DNA of 63,002 nucleotides. Origin: a virus. The translations under genes were made by a program, and so were the position numbers. Every line of letters starts with the position of its first letter. The stretch's first letter is position 1. Of the stretch, positions 19,320 through 29,586 are shown one piece after another. Where the stretch lies: IMG/VR virus record IMGVR_UViG_3300045988_138661; one strand, written 5' to 3'. The notes under the pieces were generated by a model, which saw only the letters and a list, made by a program, of their open reading frames with translations, did not search any database and was not told the DNA's origin.

Positions 19320-19991
19320 ATGAAGAGATTTATTTGTGGTATTATTGCAATTATCCTTTGCCTTTCGTTGACTGCGTGCGATAGTCCAGAAACAACTACA
19401 ATTACTGCTGAGCCGGAGGATGGCGATGTTAAGCTTTCTTTCCTCGCTACTTTCTATGATAATCACGGCGCTCAGTGGTTTCAGTGTGAAGGCGAGACCT
19501 TCGACATTAAGCCTAATAAGGTAAAGGAATGGGCTTATAACACTGATGGTAGTTGGGTTAGTTCTTATTCTCTTTCGTCGGTTGTAAGCATTGACATTGA
19601 TGGCAAGAGTGTTGAGAGTTGCGGTTCTACTATTGTTTTTGCTGATAGCCGTCTCACTCAGTATGATGTAGATATTCCCGCGGAAGCCTCGACTAATAGT
19701 GGCAATGGAGCCAGCATTTCCGCGCCTACCGACCGCAGTTGGGATGAGTATTGGGATCTTTCTTGGTGGTATTGGAAGTCTAAGAATTTGAACAATGCAG
19801 ATGACGGCAGTAAGATTGTAGTAATTCAGTCTCAGATGGGCGACCCCATTTGTATGTTTGTAGGGGATAACGTCTCTTGGGGCATTCCAAAGAACCTTCC
19901 TAAGACTACTCAGTTGACAATTGATGGCAAGGCAGTATATATTCATCGTGCGAATTTCGCCATTATTGATACTGATTTATTCAATAATTAA
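19320..19991 (+). CDS. lipoprotein (signal peptide plus lipobox LSLTAC)
   Basis: MKRFICGIIAIILCLSLTAC N-terminus. Confidence 0.65.
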   Translation: MKRFICGIIAIILCLSLTACDSPETTTITAEPEDGDVKLSFLATFYDNHGAQWFQCEGETFDIKPNKVKEWAYNTDGSWVSSYSLSSVVSIDIDGKSVESCGSTIVFADSRLTQYDVDIPAEASTNSGNGASISAPTDRSWDEYWDLSWWYWKSKNLNNADDGSKIVVIQSQMGDPICMFVGDNVSWGIPKNLPKTTQLTIDGKAVYIHRANFAIIDTDLFNN

Positions 19992-20187
19992 ATAAATTAA
20001 AAGTCCTTTTTTGATTTTTTATAAATATTATTATATAATATTTATAGAAAGTTAAGAAAGGACTTTTTTTATATGGATTACTGACTATGTAAGCATGCTC
20101 GTGTGTCGTGGTTGGTAAGATCTTTTTGACATTTTTAAAAAAATAATATATAATATATATAGAAAATAAAAAAAGAGGTTATTTGTT

Positions 20188-20430
20188 ATGGAGTATCACT
20201 ACATAGCTCATGTTCATGCAGTAGACTCAGAAAAGGAAGATTTTCAGGGCGTAATAGTAGCCTCTAATTACTTGGAAGCAATTAAGCGTATTGTATATTT
20301 CTATAAATATGATATTGCTTTTGTGGAAATTATTATCGCTGATGATAAAACAGTTCCTTACCTCGGAGCAAAGATTACTTTTAGTCATCAGGCAATTTGT
20401 GATATATTAGGAGAAGATAACAATGGTTAA
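20188..20430 (+). CDS. hypothetical protein (80 aa)
   Basis: promoter-leader copy 20133-20187. Confidence 0.55.
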   Translation: MEYHYIAHVHAVDSEKEDFQGVIVASNYLEAIKRIVYFYKYDIAFVEIIIADDKTVPYLGAKITFSHQAICDILGEDNNG

Positions 20431-20698
20431 AAGAGTAATTGCGGTTCATAGTGAGCATCATGGCTTTGTGTTTTGTTCGCCTACTGAAACTTGGACCGTA
20501 GAGGAATTTATTACCCATTTGGCGAATCCGCATGAGGATTATTATAGTATTCGTGAAATTTGGGAAACTGATTATCCGGAAAATAGTGGCTACAATGATA
20601 TGCTAAATATCCTTATTGAGAAAGATAAGGATGGCACAGCTTATACTGAGTTTATTCTATTTTGGGACGATGAAAATGCCAAAGAATGGGTGGAGTAA
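20423..20698 (+). CDS. hypothetical protein (91 aa)
   Basis: overlapping start. Confidence 0.5.
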   Translation: MVKRVIAVHSEHHGFVFCSPTETWTVEEFITHLANPHEDYYSIREIWETDYPENSGYNDMLNILIEKDKDGTAYTEFILFWDDENAKEWVE

Positions 20699-20865
20699 TG
20701 GATAATTTGTTTATGTGTTATGCGAATCACACTGAGGAACTTGAAAGAATTATCAAGGAAATTAGTGCGGGCGCGACGATTTTCCAGACTGAGCTCACTT
20801 TGACGAATATCGATATGGAATATATCCGACGAGAAGTGGAGAGGAGACTAAATGGCCGAAACTAA
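20698..20865 (+). CDS. small hypothetical protein (55 aa)
   Basis: taATGg coupling, unlisted small ORF. Confidence 0.35.
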   Translation: MDNLFMCYANHTEELERIIKEISAGATIFQTELTLTNIDMEYIRREVERRLNGRN

Positions 20866-22219
20866 TGTAATTGGAATTTTTGAATTCCCACATAATATTT
20901 TTGATAAAATTTTAGATAGATTTAGTCAAGCAGTTCAAGATAATAAGTATCAGAAACTTGATTATGTCTTTTGGCGTAAACTAAAAACTTCTAAAAATAA
21001 TGTCAGAATTGTTGTCAAATCTGACCTCAATGATAAGATTTTCTTTGATATTTACCCTGATGTTTACACTATAAATTATTCTTTTTTTGTTGATGGCATT
21101 GATGGATCTTTTGGTAAATATCTGCTTGATAATATTTGTAATATTTTTACAGATAAGTATGTAATCAAGTGCTCTGAGAAGTTCTTTGAGTATAAGATGC
21201 GTAGAGCGAAGAAGGCTACTGAAAAGAATAATAATATAAGTAAGCCCGGGGATGGACTTGATTATACCAAAGTATTTGACAAGGGAGTATGGAACACAGA
21301 ATTTTCTTGCACGAATACTATTTCTGATGAAGAAGCCCAGAAGATTCTTGGAAAGCTACATACTACACCTATTGTGGCAGTTCCTGATAGCGATTGTAGT
21401 CTTCAAACTGGGAAGGTTGCTTCGATTAATTCTAATACAATTTTCGCTACTACTCTTACTGATCCTACCACAATTACACTCGGTAGTCAAATTGACGCAA
21501 TTAAAGATAAGTGTGCTATGATTGATACCGATTATATCAATGATCGAATCAATAAAGTTTTGAATGAACAAAATACATTTAACAATAATGTTGATGATAA
21601 GAAAGGAAATAATAAAATGAAGGCGTTTAATTTTGATTTTGGCCCCTGCACCAATGATAACATTCGTATGTCTATGTATGGTCTGGCTGTGAAGAATGCG
21701 GCTGGTACTTGGGTTTCTTATAACCCTGAGAGTAAGGAAATTATCGACGTCGATGTCTTCAACTTTGATGGCGGTAAGTTTCTTTACAAGATGCCGGTTG
21801 CCATCAAGGACGTTAAGGTCGGCGACATTGTTATCCACAACCGCAAGGCGATGTTTGTGATTGATGTGTCTGAAACGGGTATGACCGCGATTGATCCGCA
21901 GGCCGGTGAGGAGAAGAAGATTCTGCTTACCAAGTCCCCGTTTGGTTTCAATTTCGCAACGAAGGTCGTGTCTCTCTTTAATATGACTTCTGATGCGCCC
22001 ACTCCGGATGCACCGTTCGGCAATATGCTCCCCTTCCTCATGATGAGTGAGAATAGTGGCGAGTTTGACATGAACACCATGCTGATGCTCTCTATGATGG
22101 GCGGTCAGGGTGGTATGGATTTCTCTAAGAATCCTATGATGATGTATTTCCTTATGAAGGACTCCAAGAACGCGGATGATCTTCTTCCGCTCATGTTCAT
22201 GGGTAATCTTTGTAAGTAA
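20852..22219 (+). CDS. hypothetical protein (455 aa) with Met-rich C-terminal tail
   Basis: last ~70 residues contain ~20 Met (MLMLSMMGGQGGMDF..). Confidence 0.55.
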   Translation: MAETNVIGIFEFPHNIFDKILDRFSQAVQDNKYQKLDYVFWRKLKTSKNNVRIVVKSDLNDKIFFDIYPDVYTINYSFFVDGIDGSFGKYLLDNICNIFTDKYVIKCSEKFFEYKMRRAKKATEKNNNISKPGDGLDYTKVFDKGVWNTEFSCTNTISDEEAQKILGKLHTTPIVAVPDSDCSLQTGKVASINSNTIFATTLTDPTTITLGSQIDAIKDKCAMIDTDYINDRINKVLNEQNTFNNNVDDKKGNNKMKAFNFDFGPCTNDNIRMSMYGLAVKNAAGTWVSYNPESKEIIDVDVFNFDGGKFLYKMPVAIKDVKVGDIVIHNRKAMFVIDVSETGMTAIDPQAGEEKKILLTKSPFGFNFATKVVSLFNMTSDAPTPDAPFGNMLPFLMMSENSGEFDMNTMLMLSMMGGQGGMDFSKNPMMMYFLMKDSKNADDLLPLMFMGNLCK

Positions 22220-22243
22220 ATATAATAAAACCCCTTTCGCAAG

Positions 22244-22275
22244 AAAGCCCTTTGATTGACCGCAAAGGGCTTTCT
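22244..22275 (+). terminator. hairpin terminator (aaagccctttgattgaccgcaaagggcttt)
   Basis: inverted repeat. Confidence 0.55.
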
Positions 22276-22348
22276 TTATTTTTATAAAAAAATATAATAT
22301 AATATATATATAAAGTTAAGAAAGGTATTAAAAAGAGGTTGATAAGAT

Positions 22349-23953
22349 ATGGCTAATTTATTTGAACTCCTTTCCAAAGAAGATTGCGAAAAGATTGAAT
22401 GGTATATCCGTAATTTTGCGGGCCTCGGTGGAGATAGTTCCGATATGAAGGCGTCTCTCGACTACATTCTCCGCTTTTGGGCTTATAATAAGCAGAGTCT
22501 TTATAAAATGTTGGGAGATAATCTTATCATTTCTCGTAAGGTAAGTTATTCTCGCACTTATGAAGATATGAGTGATGATTTTTATGATTATTTCGGTAGA
22601 AATGGTGATGGATATGAATTCCGAAATACCTTTAATAATAAGGTAAGAGATCTTTATCTTAAAACAGACATCTCTGATACTCAGTATTTTAATCTGGTAA
22701 ATCTTTTGGATGTTGAGCCTTTAATGTCTAACATTTATGATGGGGAATCTTTTAAATTCACTTATAACAATAAAACTCTTATGATTAATAAGGGTATGAA
22801 GCTTAGTAAGATGCTTGGTAAGATGAGTGATATCTTGGAGATTGACCGCGATATCTATGAAAAGTTCCGTATCGCTCATTCTCAGTTCCTTAATCAGAAA
22901 AATATCTCTGGTGAACTCTGTCTTTCTATTCATCCTCTTGACTATATCACTATGAGTGATAATGATTGCGGTTGGGATTCTTGTATGAGATGGCAGAGTG
23001 GTGGTGGTGAATATCGTCAGGGAACCGTTGAGATGATGAATTCTCCCATTATCCTCGAAGCTTACCTTAAATCTGATAAGGATATGGAACTTTGGTATAA
23101 GAACGGTCAGCCTGTTATGTGGAATAGTAAGCGTTGGCGCGAGCTTTTCATTGTAGATAAAAGCCTTATTCTTGGCATTAAGGGTTATCCTTATTGTAAT
23201 GAAAATCTTGAAAGCATTTGTCTTGCTTGGATCAAAAAGCTCGCTGAACAGAATCTTGGTTTTGGCCCTTATACCAAGTATTTAAATCAGATTCATAATT
23301 ACAGTAATAACATTATTGGCGAGCTTGACAGAAATATTTATTTCAATCTTGATACCAATTTCATGTATAATGATATCTACTCAGAGCATAATGCTTACGT
23401 TTCCACTAAAATTCCTACGGATGAAAGCGTTAATCTTAACTACTCGGGTGAATCTGAGTGCATGTGTTGCGGAGAACTTCTTGATGATTCTCTTCTCGAT
23501 GATAGAGAGAATAACGCGGAAATGACCATTTGCCCAAGTTGTTCGGGCACAGTAAAGTGCGATAAGTGTGGCGATATTGTTTATGTCGATGACACTTATA
23601 ATGTCGATGGAAGAACTTACTGCGCTTATTGTTATGACGAAAACACAGAAGTTTGTCCTTGTTGCGGAGTCCGCAAAGACTATGATGACATGAAGCAAAT
23701 CCGCCTTCGATTCCAGAAGAAGCCAGTTGGGTTCTATACGGATATTTGTTGGGATTGCTGTGAGGATAAAAAAGTAAAAACCTTCTTCAGTGGTGAAATT
23801 GAAGAAGATAGAGATGGTTGGCGCTCCAATTATTATGTCGATGGAGAAACTCTCACTAAAAAGGGCAGAGACCTCTTTAATATTAGTGAAAAGGAATTTA
23901 TTTCTTGGGCTATTGGCACCAACCCAAATCAAAGACCTTCTTTGATTTTTTAA
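22349..23953 (+). CDS. large hypothetical protein with C-terminal multi-zinc-ribbon region (534 aa); paralog of 26482 CDS
   Basis: shared central block ..LC(L/F)S(I/V)HPLD(Y/F)..WNSK(R/K)WR; C-terminal CxxC clusters. Confidence 0.6.
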   Translation: MANLFELLSKEDCEKIEWYIRNFAGLGGDSSDMKASLDYILRFWAYNKQSLYKMLGDNLIISRKVSYSRTYEDMSDDFYDYFGRNGDGYEFRNTFNNKVRDLYLKTDISDTQYFNLVNLLDVEPLMSNIYDGESFKFTYNNKTLMINKGMKLSKMLGKMSDILEIDRDIYEKFRIAHSQFLNQKNISGELCLSIHPLDYITMSDNDCGWDSCMRWQSGGGEYRQGTVEMMNSPIILEAYLKSDKDMELWYKNGQPVMWNSKRWRELFIVDKSLILGIKGYPYCNENLESICLAWIKKLAEQNLGFGPYTKYLNQIHNYSNNIIGELDRNIYFNLDTNFMYNDIYSEHNAYVSTKIPTDESVNLNYSGESECMCCGELLDDSLLDDRENNAEMTICPSCSGTVKCDKCGDIVYVDDTYNVDGRTYCAYCYDENTEVCPCCGVRKDYDDMKQIRLRFQKKPVGFYTDICWDCCEDKKVKTFFSGEIEEDRDGWRSNYYVDGETLTKKGRDLFNISEKEFISWAIGTNPNQRPSLIF

Positions 23954-24043
23954 AAAAAATAATATATAATATTTATGTAAGGTAAAGGAAGAAATACTTC
24001 CTAAAAATAAAATTGTTATTTATGAAAGGTTAAGGTAAAAATT

Positions 24044-24481
24044 ATGACTAATGAAGTTAAGGTTTCTAAGCGTGAAATGTTTGAGGCAATTAAAGGTCTG
24101 GCTGAGAGTGGCGCTCTGCACATGGTAGACTTCAATGAGAACATCACTGACGAGGCTGTCGCTGAGTTCTGCGCGAACGAGATTGACCTGCTTGATAAGA
24201 AGGCTGCTAAGGCTAAGGAGCGTGCGGCTGCCAAGAAGGCAGAGGGCGATGAGCTGACTGAGCAGATTTATAATGTTCTTTCTAGCGATGAGTTTATGAC
24301 TATCCCCGAGATTGTCAAGGCTCTTGGCGATGAGGATGTCTCTGCGCAGAAGGCAAGCTATCGACTTCGCACTCTTGTGAGCGAGAATCGTGCGGAGAAG
24401 ACTGAGGTTTCCGTTCCGGGTACTGATGGCGGTAAGGCGTCCAAGAAAGTGGCTTATCGAAAGATTGTCGCTGAGGACTAA
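24044..24481 (+). CDS. hypothetical protein, distant member of paralog family A (145 aa)
   Basis: REMFEA..NEIDLLDKKAA resembles RDRFEAL..HEIELLAKKNA. Confidence 0.5.
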   Translation: MTNEVKVSKREMFEAIKGLAESGALHMVDFNENITDEAVAEFCANEIDLLDKKAAKAKERAAAKKAEGDELTEQIYNVLSSDEFMTIPEIVKALGDEDVSAQKASYRLRTLVSENRAEKTEVSVPGTDGGKASKKVAYRKIVAED

Positions 24482-24652
24482 GAGCTAAATGATTAAATGG
24501 ACTGAAAATTTTTCAGTCCATTTTTTCTTGTTATCTGCTTCGACCGGTGCTGGTCGCATATACCGAAAGTCCAAAAGTAAAAAGCCGTTTAGAATTTTCT
24601 TGACAAAATTGGAGTTTTTTGTTATAATTATATTATAAAGGAGTGATATAAT

Positions 24653-25453
24653 TTGAAATATTGTGTTTCTGTGCGTCAACCTGATGTTGTTCGCGAGAAA
24701 GCTGATGAACTTATGGTTAATTATAATGATATAAATATTATGTATGATATGATTTAGAAATTTCCAAATAAACGATATATTATCAGAATCCGCAAAAATG
24801 AAGAAGTGAATTGGGAAGAGATTGATTCATTTAAGGATAAAGTCGATCTTATTGTAGCATTTGAAGATATGCTTACCCGCAATGGATGTAATATTGATGT
24901 AAAGTATTATTTTGCTTATCCTGCTACTACGTGGGCAGAAGTCCGCGTTCTCCTTGATCTTGGAGTTAGCGAACTTTTCATCGGGGCACCGCTTACATTT
25001 GATTTAAGACAATTAAATTAGCAAGCAAAAGTTCCAATTCGTATGATTGCGAATAAGTGCTATGACGATAACCTTCCAAGAGAAAATGGAATATGCGGTT
25101 CTTACGTTCGACCGGAAGACGTAGATTATTATGGAACATATGTCTCAACTTTAGAATTCGATGAACCTGCGCTCTCTAAAGAAGCTGTGCTTTTGGATAT
25201 TTATCAAAGTGGTCATTGGCAAGGTAATCTAAACCTTTTATTAACTAATTTAAATTATAATGTGGATAATCGTGGAATTCCCGAAGATTTTGGCCCCAAC
25301 CGCATCAATTGCGGTCAGCGCTGTCAGCGACAAGGGACGTGTCATTATTGTGAAACCGCATTTATATTTTCTCGTGTTATAGATAAAGCCGTTCAAGCAA
25401 GTAAGCAGAATAATCCTATCCCCGAAGCGGAAGAAGACTCAATTGACAAATAA
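24653..25453 (+). CDS. hypothetical protein (~266 aa) readable only with two in-frame TAG codons (24755, 25019)
   Basis: TTG start after RBS aaaggagtg; contains the track ORFs 24806..25021 and 25043..25453 in one frame. Confidence 0.5.
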
Positions 25454-25504
25454 AAAAAATAATGTTATAATATAAATATAAGATAAAAGATAGGAGAATA
25501 AACT

Positions 25505-26611
25505 GTGAGAGGTTTTAAAACTAATGAACTTTGGTTATTTGAATATCTGGTTCGCTCGACACAAGATGAGTTAAGAGAATATGTTGCCGATGTATTGAAA
25601 GCTAAATATACTGAAGTAGTTATTACTAAAGAGTATGTTTGTGCGGTTGGCGATATTCCTATTGCTTTAGTAGCTCATCTTGATACTGTGTTTGAGAAAC
25701 CGGTCAAAGATTTATATTATGATACAAGAAAAAATGTGCTTTGGTCGCCCGATGGTCTTGGCGCAGATGATAGAGCAGGAGTATATGCGATTCTTCATAT
25801 TTTGAGAAATACATCTTTGCGTCCTTCTATTATTTTTACCACTGATGAAGAAATTGGTGGATTGGGCGCCGAAGCATTAGTATTACAATATTTTGAGTGT
25901 CCATTTCCCAATCTGAAATATATTATTCAGTTGGATAGACAAGGCACAAATGATTGTGTGTTTTATGACCTTTACAATCCTAAATTCATTGATTACATTG
26001 AATCTTTTGGATTTGTAGAGGATTTTGGCACGTTTAGTGATATTAGTGTTTTATGTCCTGAATGGAAAATTTGTGGCGTGAATCTTTCAGTAGGTTATAA
26101 AAATGAACATAACCGTATTGAAACATTAAATGCGGGTGCTCTTTTTGATACGATTAATAAGGTAATCCGCATGCTCAAAGAGAAAGATATTCCTAATTTT
26201 GAGTATTATCGTAATTATCATAGTATTTGGTTCGATAATATTTGTAAGAATTTTCCAACTGATGGCGATGGATTCTACGTTCATTGTAGAGGATGCGGTC
26301 AGTTATTTAGTGAATATGAAACATTTCCAGTAAAGGGATTAGATGGACATACATGTTTTTATTGCCCTGATTGTATTCCCAGTAATGTTGAATGGTGTGC
26401 GGAGTGTGAAGAGGCATTTGAGATTGACCCTGCGAACCCACACAGCGAGTATTGTAAAGATTGTATTGGAGGATTAGTCAAATGTCATATGACTTCGACA
26501 TCGAAAGCATTAAAGAACAGTTCAACAAAGTCATCAGTTACTCCCAAGGAATCAGTAATCCAAAAACAGAAGAACTATTCGAAAGATTCCTCGAAGCCAA
26601 AAAAGACTTAA
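25505..26611 (+). CDS. M20/M28/M42-type zinc peptidase-like protein with C-terminal zinc ribbons
   Basis: HLDTV, GADDRAG, TDEEIGG motifs; GTG start; 3-prime end overlaps next gene by ~130 nt. Confidence 0.5.
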   Translation: MRGFKTNELWLFEYLVRSTQDELREYVADVLKAKYTEVVITKEYVCAVGDIPIALVAHLDTVFEKPVKDLYYDTRKNVLWSPDGLGADDRAGVYAILHILRNTSLRPSIIFTTDEEIGGLGAEALVLQYFECPFPNLKYIIQLDRQGTNDCVFYDLYNPKFIDYIESFGFVEDFGTFSDISVLCPEWKICGVNLSVGYKNEHNRIETLNAGALFDTINKVIRMLKEKDIPNFEYYRNYHSIWFDNICKNFPTDGDGFYVHCRGCGQLFSEYETFPVKGLDGHTCFYCPDCIPSNVEWCAECEEAFEIDPANPHSEYCKDCIGGLVKCHMTSTSKALKNSSTKSSVTPKESVIQKQKNYSKDSSKPKKT

Positions 26612-27912
26612 TTAAATTTTTTCACGGTCATTTAATTTATGAATGGCCGGAAAAGGTATCTTTTTCCTTAGATGATAAAACTAAAGAGCATCGTCTTGAA
26701 GAGTTTCTTGAAACAATTAATTATACTTATAATAATGAAGACTTAAAGGATTTTATTTCAGTAAATAAAGAAGGATTCTTTAACAATACAGTTATAGATA
26801 CTTATTTCTATAAAGATAAAAAGATTCCAAGAGGAATGAAATTAGTTAAGGCTTTTAAGTATTTTGAAGAGAATCCACGCTCTTTGGAAGATATTCAGAA
26901 TTACGCAAGTCGTATTATCCAAGAGGACAAGATTGAGGGAACATTATGTTTCTCAGTTCATCCTTTGGATTTTTTAAGCGTAAGTGAAAATACTTATAAT
27001 TGGCGCTCTTGCCATGCACTTGACGGCGAATATAGAGCAGGAAATTTATCTTACATGGTAGATAAAAGCACTTTTATTTGTTATTTGCGCGGAGCAGAGA
27101 ATCAGAAACTTCCGCATTTCCCTGAAGATGTTCTTTGGAATTCTAAGAAATGGCGTATGCTTCTTTACATGGAAGATAAGCGACGTGGTTTAATGGCTGG
27201 TCGTCAATATCCTTTTATGACAACCAATGCTTTAATTAAAATTAAAGATATTATCAATACTTTTGATAAGACTTTTCAGTTGCGTGAATGGGTAGATGGA
27301 GGTATTAATACTGTTTCTAATAGGATGAGCACTACTTCTTTTGATGAAGAAACTATTGGATTATCCGAGACATGGATTCCTATTTTATCTCGTTTATATC
27401 CTATTAGTGATATTGTTGAAGATATTGGCGAGCATACTCTTCAATATAATGATTTGCTTTATTCTTCTTGCTATTTACCCATTTATAGTTTAAAATTGTA
27501 TTATTATCCATTAGAGACTGATCTTCCTCATTGGTCTATTGGTGGCGATGTCCCTTGTTTACAATGCGGTAAAACTATTATCGAAAGTGGAGAATATATG
27601 CGATGCGGAGACTGTGAATTCAATTATGGAGTAAACGAAGATGATAATTACGGTTATTGCGCTTGTTGCGGTTCTCGTATAATCCTTGATGAAGCAAATT
27701 CCGTAGGCGATGAGAATGAATTGGTTTGCGATAGTTGTGCAGATACTTATTGTAAACGATGCGAATGTTGTAATAATTTATATTATACAGAAGATATTCA
27801 CTATCATAAAGGAACTGATATGTATTTATGTCCTTGGTGTTTTAGAGATGCTGATGAAGAAAAAGTTAATAATTTTAGGTCTTTAAAAGACTTTATACAT
27901 AATTTTAGTTAA
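26482..27912 (+). CDS. large hypothetical protein with C-terminal zinc ribbons; paralog of 22349 CDS
   Basis: start moved to ATG after RBS ggagga (track start 26461). Confidence 0.55.
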   Translation: MSYDFDIESIKEQFNKVISYSQGISNPKTEELFERFLEAKKDLIKFFHGHLIYEWPEKVSFSLDDKTKEHRLEEFLETINYTYNNEDLKDFISVNKEGFFNNTVIDTYFYKDKKIPRGMKLVKAFKYFEENPRSLEDIQNYASRIIQEDKIEGTLCFSVHPLDFLSVSENTYNWRSCHALDGEYRAGNLSYMVDKSTFICYLRGAENQKLPHFPEDVLWNSKKWRMLLYMEDKRRGLMAGRQYPFMTTNALIKIKDIINTFDKTFQLREWVDGGINTVSNRMSTTSFDEETIGLSETWIPILSRLYPISDIVEDIGEHTLQYNDLLYSSCYLPIYSLKLYYYPLETDLPHWSIGGDVPCLQCGKTIIESGEYMRCGDCEFNYGVNEDDNYGYCACCGSRIILDEANSVGDENELVCDSCADTYCKRCECCNNLYYTEDIHYHKGTDMYLCPWCFRDADEEKVNNFRSLKDFIHNFS

Positions 27913-27924
27913 GGAGAATTAGAT

Positions 27925-28230
27925 ATGGCTAAAGGTACAGTAGCTAAGGAACAGATCGCCAAGAAAATGGCGGAAGTATTTGGCGCTGATTGGATCGGCG
28001 AGCGAGATAAAAAGTATTATCTTTGGGCTAACGAGAATGGTGAGCGAATTCAAATTGCTATTAGTATGACATGCCCAAAGACTCCGGTTGGTGAAGCAGG
28101 TGCAACCACGGATTCAAATGTTTTGAATTTTGAAGATGGGGCAACCGCAGGTGGAGAAACCCCGATTGAAATTACTACAGATGAAAAGAAAAATGTTGCT
28201 GATTTGATGGCAAGATTAGGATTGAATTGA
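27925..28230 (+). CDS. hypothetical protein (101 aa)
   Basis: RBS aaggagaa; terminator hairpin 28238-28272 follows. Confidence 0.55.
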   Translation: MAKGTVAKEQIAKKMAEVFGADWIGERDKKYYLWANENGERIQIAISMTCPKTPVGEAGATTDSNVLNFEDGATAGGETPIEITTDEKKNVADLMARLGLN

Positions 28231-28402
28231 TTTAAAGAGTAATGTCATTTGACATTACTCTTTTTTTTTGTTATTATTTATTTAGTAAAAATGATAAATG
28301 GTTAGGTTTAACCGAAATTAAAAAATAAAATAAAATAAATTTTTAATAAAAATAGGATATATAGTATCCTAATTATTTATTTTATTAGGAGGAATTTTAA
28401 TA

Positions 28403-28819
28403 ATGACTGAATTAAATAATACCTTTAAGGTAGTTGTTACTGACAATGAAGGCAAAGAGACTGAAAGTATTATAACTGGTCCTATTGTTTTTTCTACAAG
28501 TATTAATGGAGAAACTAGCGGAATTAAATATACTTTTAGACTTCGTGAATATTCAAAAGGCTATGATGTTGAAACTTTAAGTTTACCTAAAGTTTCTGCT
28601 CAGCTTATTGGAAATTTTGATCGTTCAAAGGTTGCTAAAATTGGTGTATATTATTTAGCTGTTTCTAATGATTATAGAAAAGTTTTTGAAAAAAATGTTG
28701 CCAATATTGCTGAAATGGTATTCGAATATAATAATGATATTGGAGATAAGTCATATGCTAATAGTTATAACACTATAGCAGAGCTTAATATAACTTATAC
28801 TCCCGAGGCTGTAAATTAA
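28403..28819 (+). CDS. hypothetical protein (138 aa)
   Basis: RBS aggaggaa. Confidence 0.5.
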   Translation: MTELNNTFKVVVTDNEGKETESIITGPIVFSTSINGETSGIKYTFRLREYSKGYDVETLSLPKVSAQLIGNFDRSKVAKIGVYYLAVSNDYRKVFEKNVANIAEMVFEYNNDIGDKSYANSYNTIAELNITYTPEAVN

Positions 28820-28832
28820 GGAGAGAATATAA

Positions 28833-29555
28833 ATGGCTGGTAGTCGTATTTCATGGAGCGATGTTCGCGCTCTATATGATACTTTAAATACTGCTTAGAC
28901 TCGTTTTTCTCAATCTCGCACGGCTGCTCCCTCAAATGAGGGGCGTCGTACGAGAGAAAGTGACATTACTACTTTAAAAAATGAAATTGAAAATTTAAGA
29001 AATGTTTCTTATGTAGGAACTTAGGCTACTTTTTCTAATTTTACCGCTCCAAGAGCTAATGAACTTATGAAACGAGTCCCTTTAGAGGAAATTAGAAGTA
29101 AACTTGATACTATAAATGGCATTTGCGCCTATGATGGAGCGAATTATACAAGCAATAATGGTTATCGTGGTGCTAACTATACAAGTAATAATAGTCAACG
29201 TTCTTCTTATTATTCAAGTAATGATGCTCAACGTTCTTCTTATTATTCAAGTAATAATGCTCAACGTGCTTCAGATTATTCAAGTAATAATGCTCAACGT
29301 TCTTCAGATTATTCAAGTAATAATGCTCAACGTTCTTCAAATTATTCAAGTAACTATACTTATTATACTGCTAATTATTCAAGTAATAATGGTCATAGAT
29401 CTGCTAACTATAGTAGTAATAATGGTAATAGATCTTCTAACTATAGTAGTAATAATTCTCAACGTTCTTCAAATTATTCAAGTAATTATACTTATAGAAG
29501 TGCTTATGCTTCTAGAAGTTCAAATCGTAGTGGCGCTGGTAGAGTACGCTCTTAA
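28833..29555 (+). CDS. repeat-rich Ser/Asn/Tyr peptide (candidate RiPP precursor, ~240 aa incl. two in-frame TAG); about eleven ~11-aa repeats (consensus NYSSNNAQRSS)
   Basis: ATG 28833 after RBS aaggagag is in frame with track ORF 29067..29555 through TAGs at 28896 and 29022. Confidence 0.5.
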
Positions 29556-29586
29556 TTTTTTGAGAAAAAGGAGTTTTATAATATAA

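Noticed and set aside
19176-19946. 256-aa minus-strand ORF
   Set aside because: Antisense to the lipoprotein gene and the small Cys-rich gene, both with good RBS on the plus strand.
29116-29586. alternative +2 frame ORF over the repeat peptide (Ile/Val/Leu-rich)
   Set aside because: Low-complexity artefact of the nucleotide repeats; the Ser/Asn frame has the RBS and is in frame with the upstream leader.
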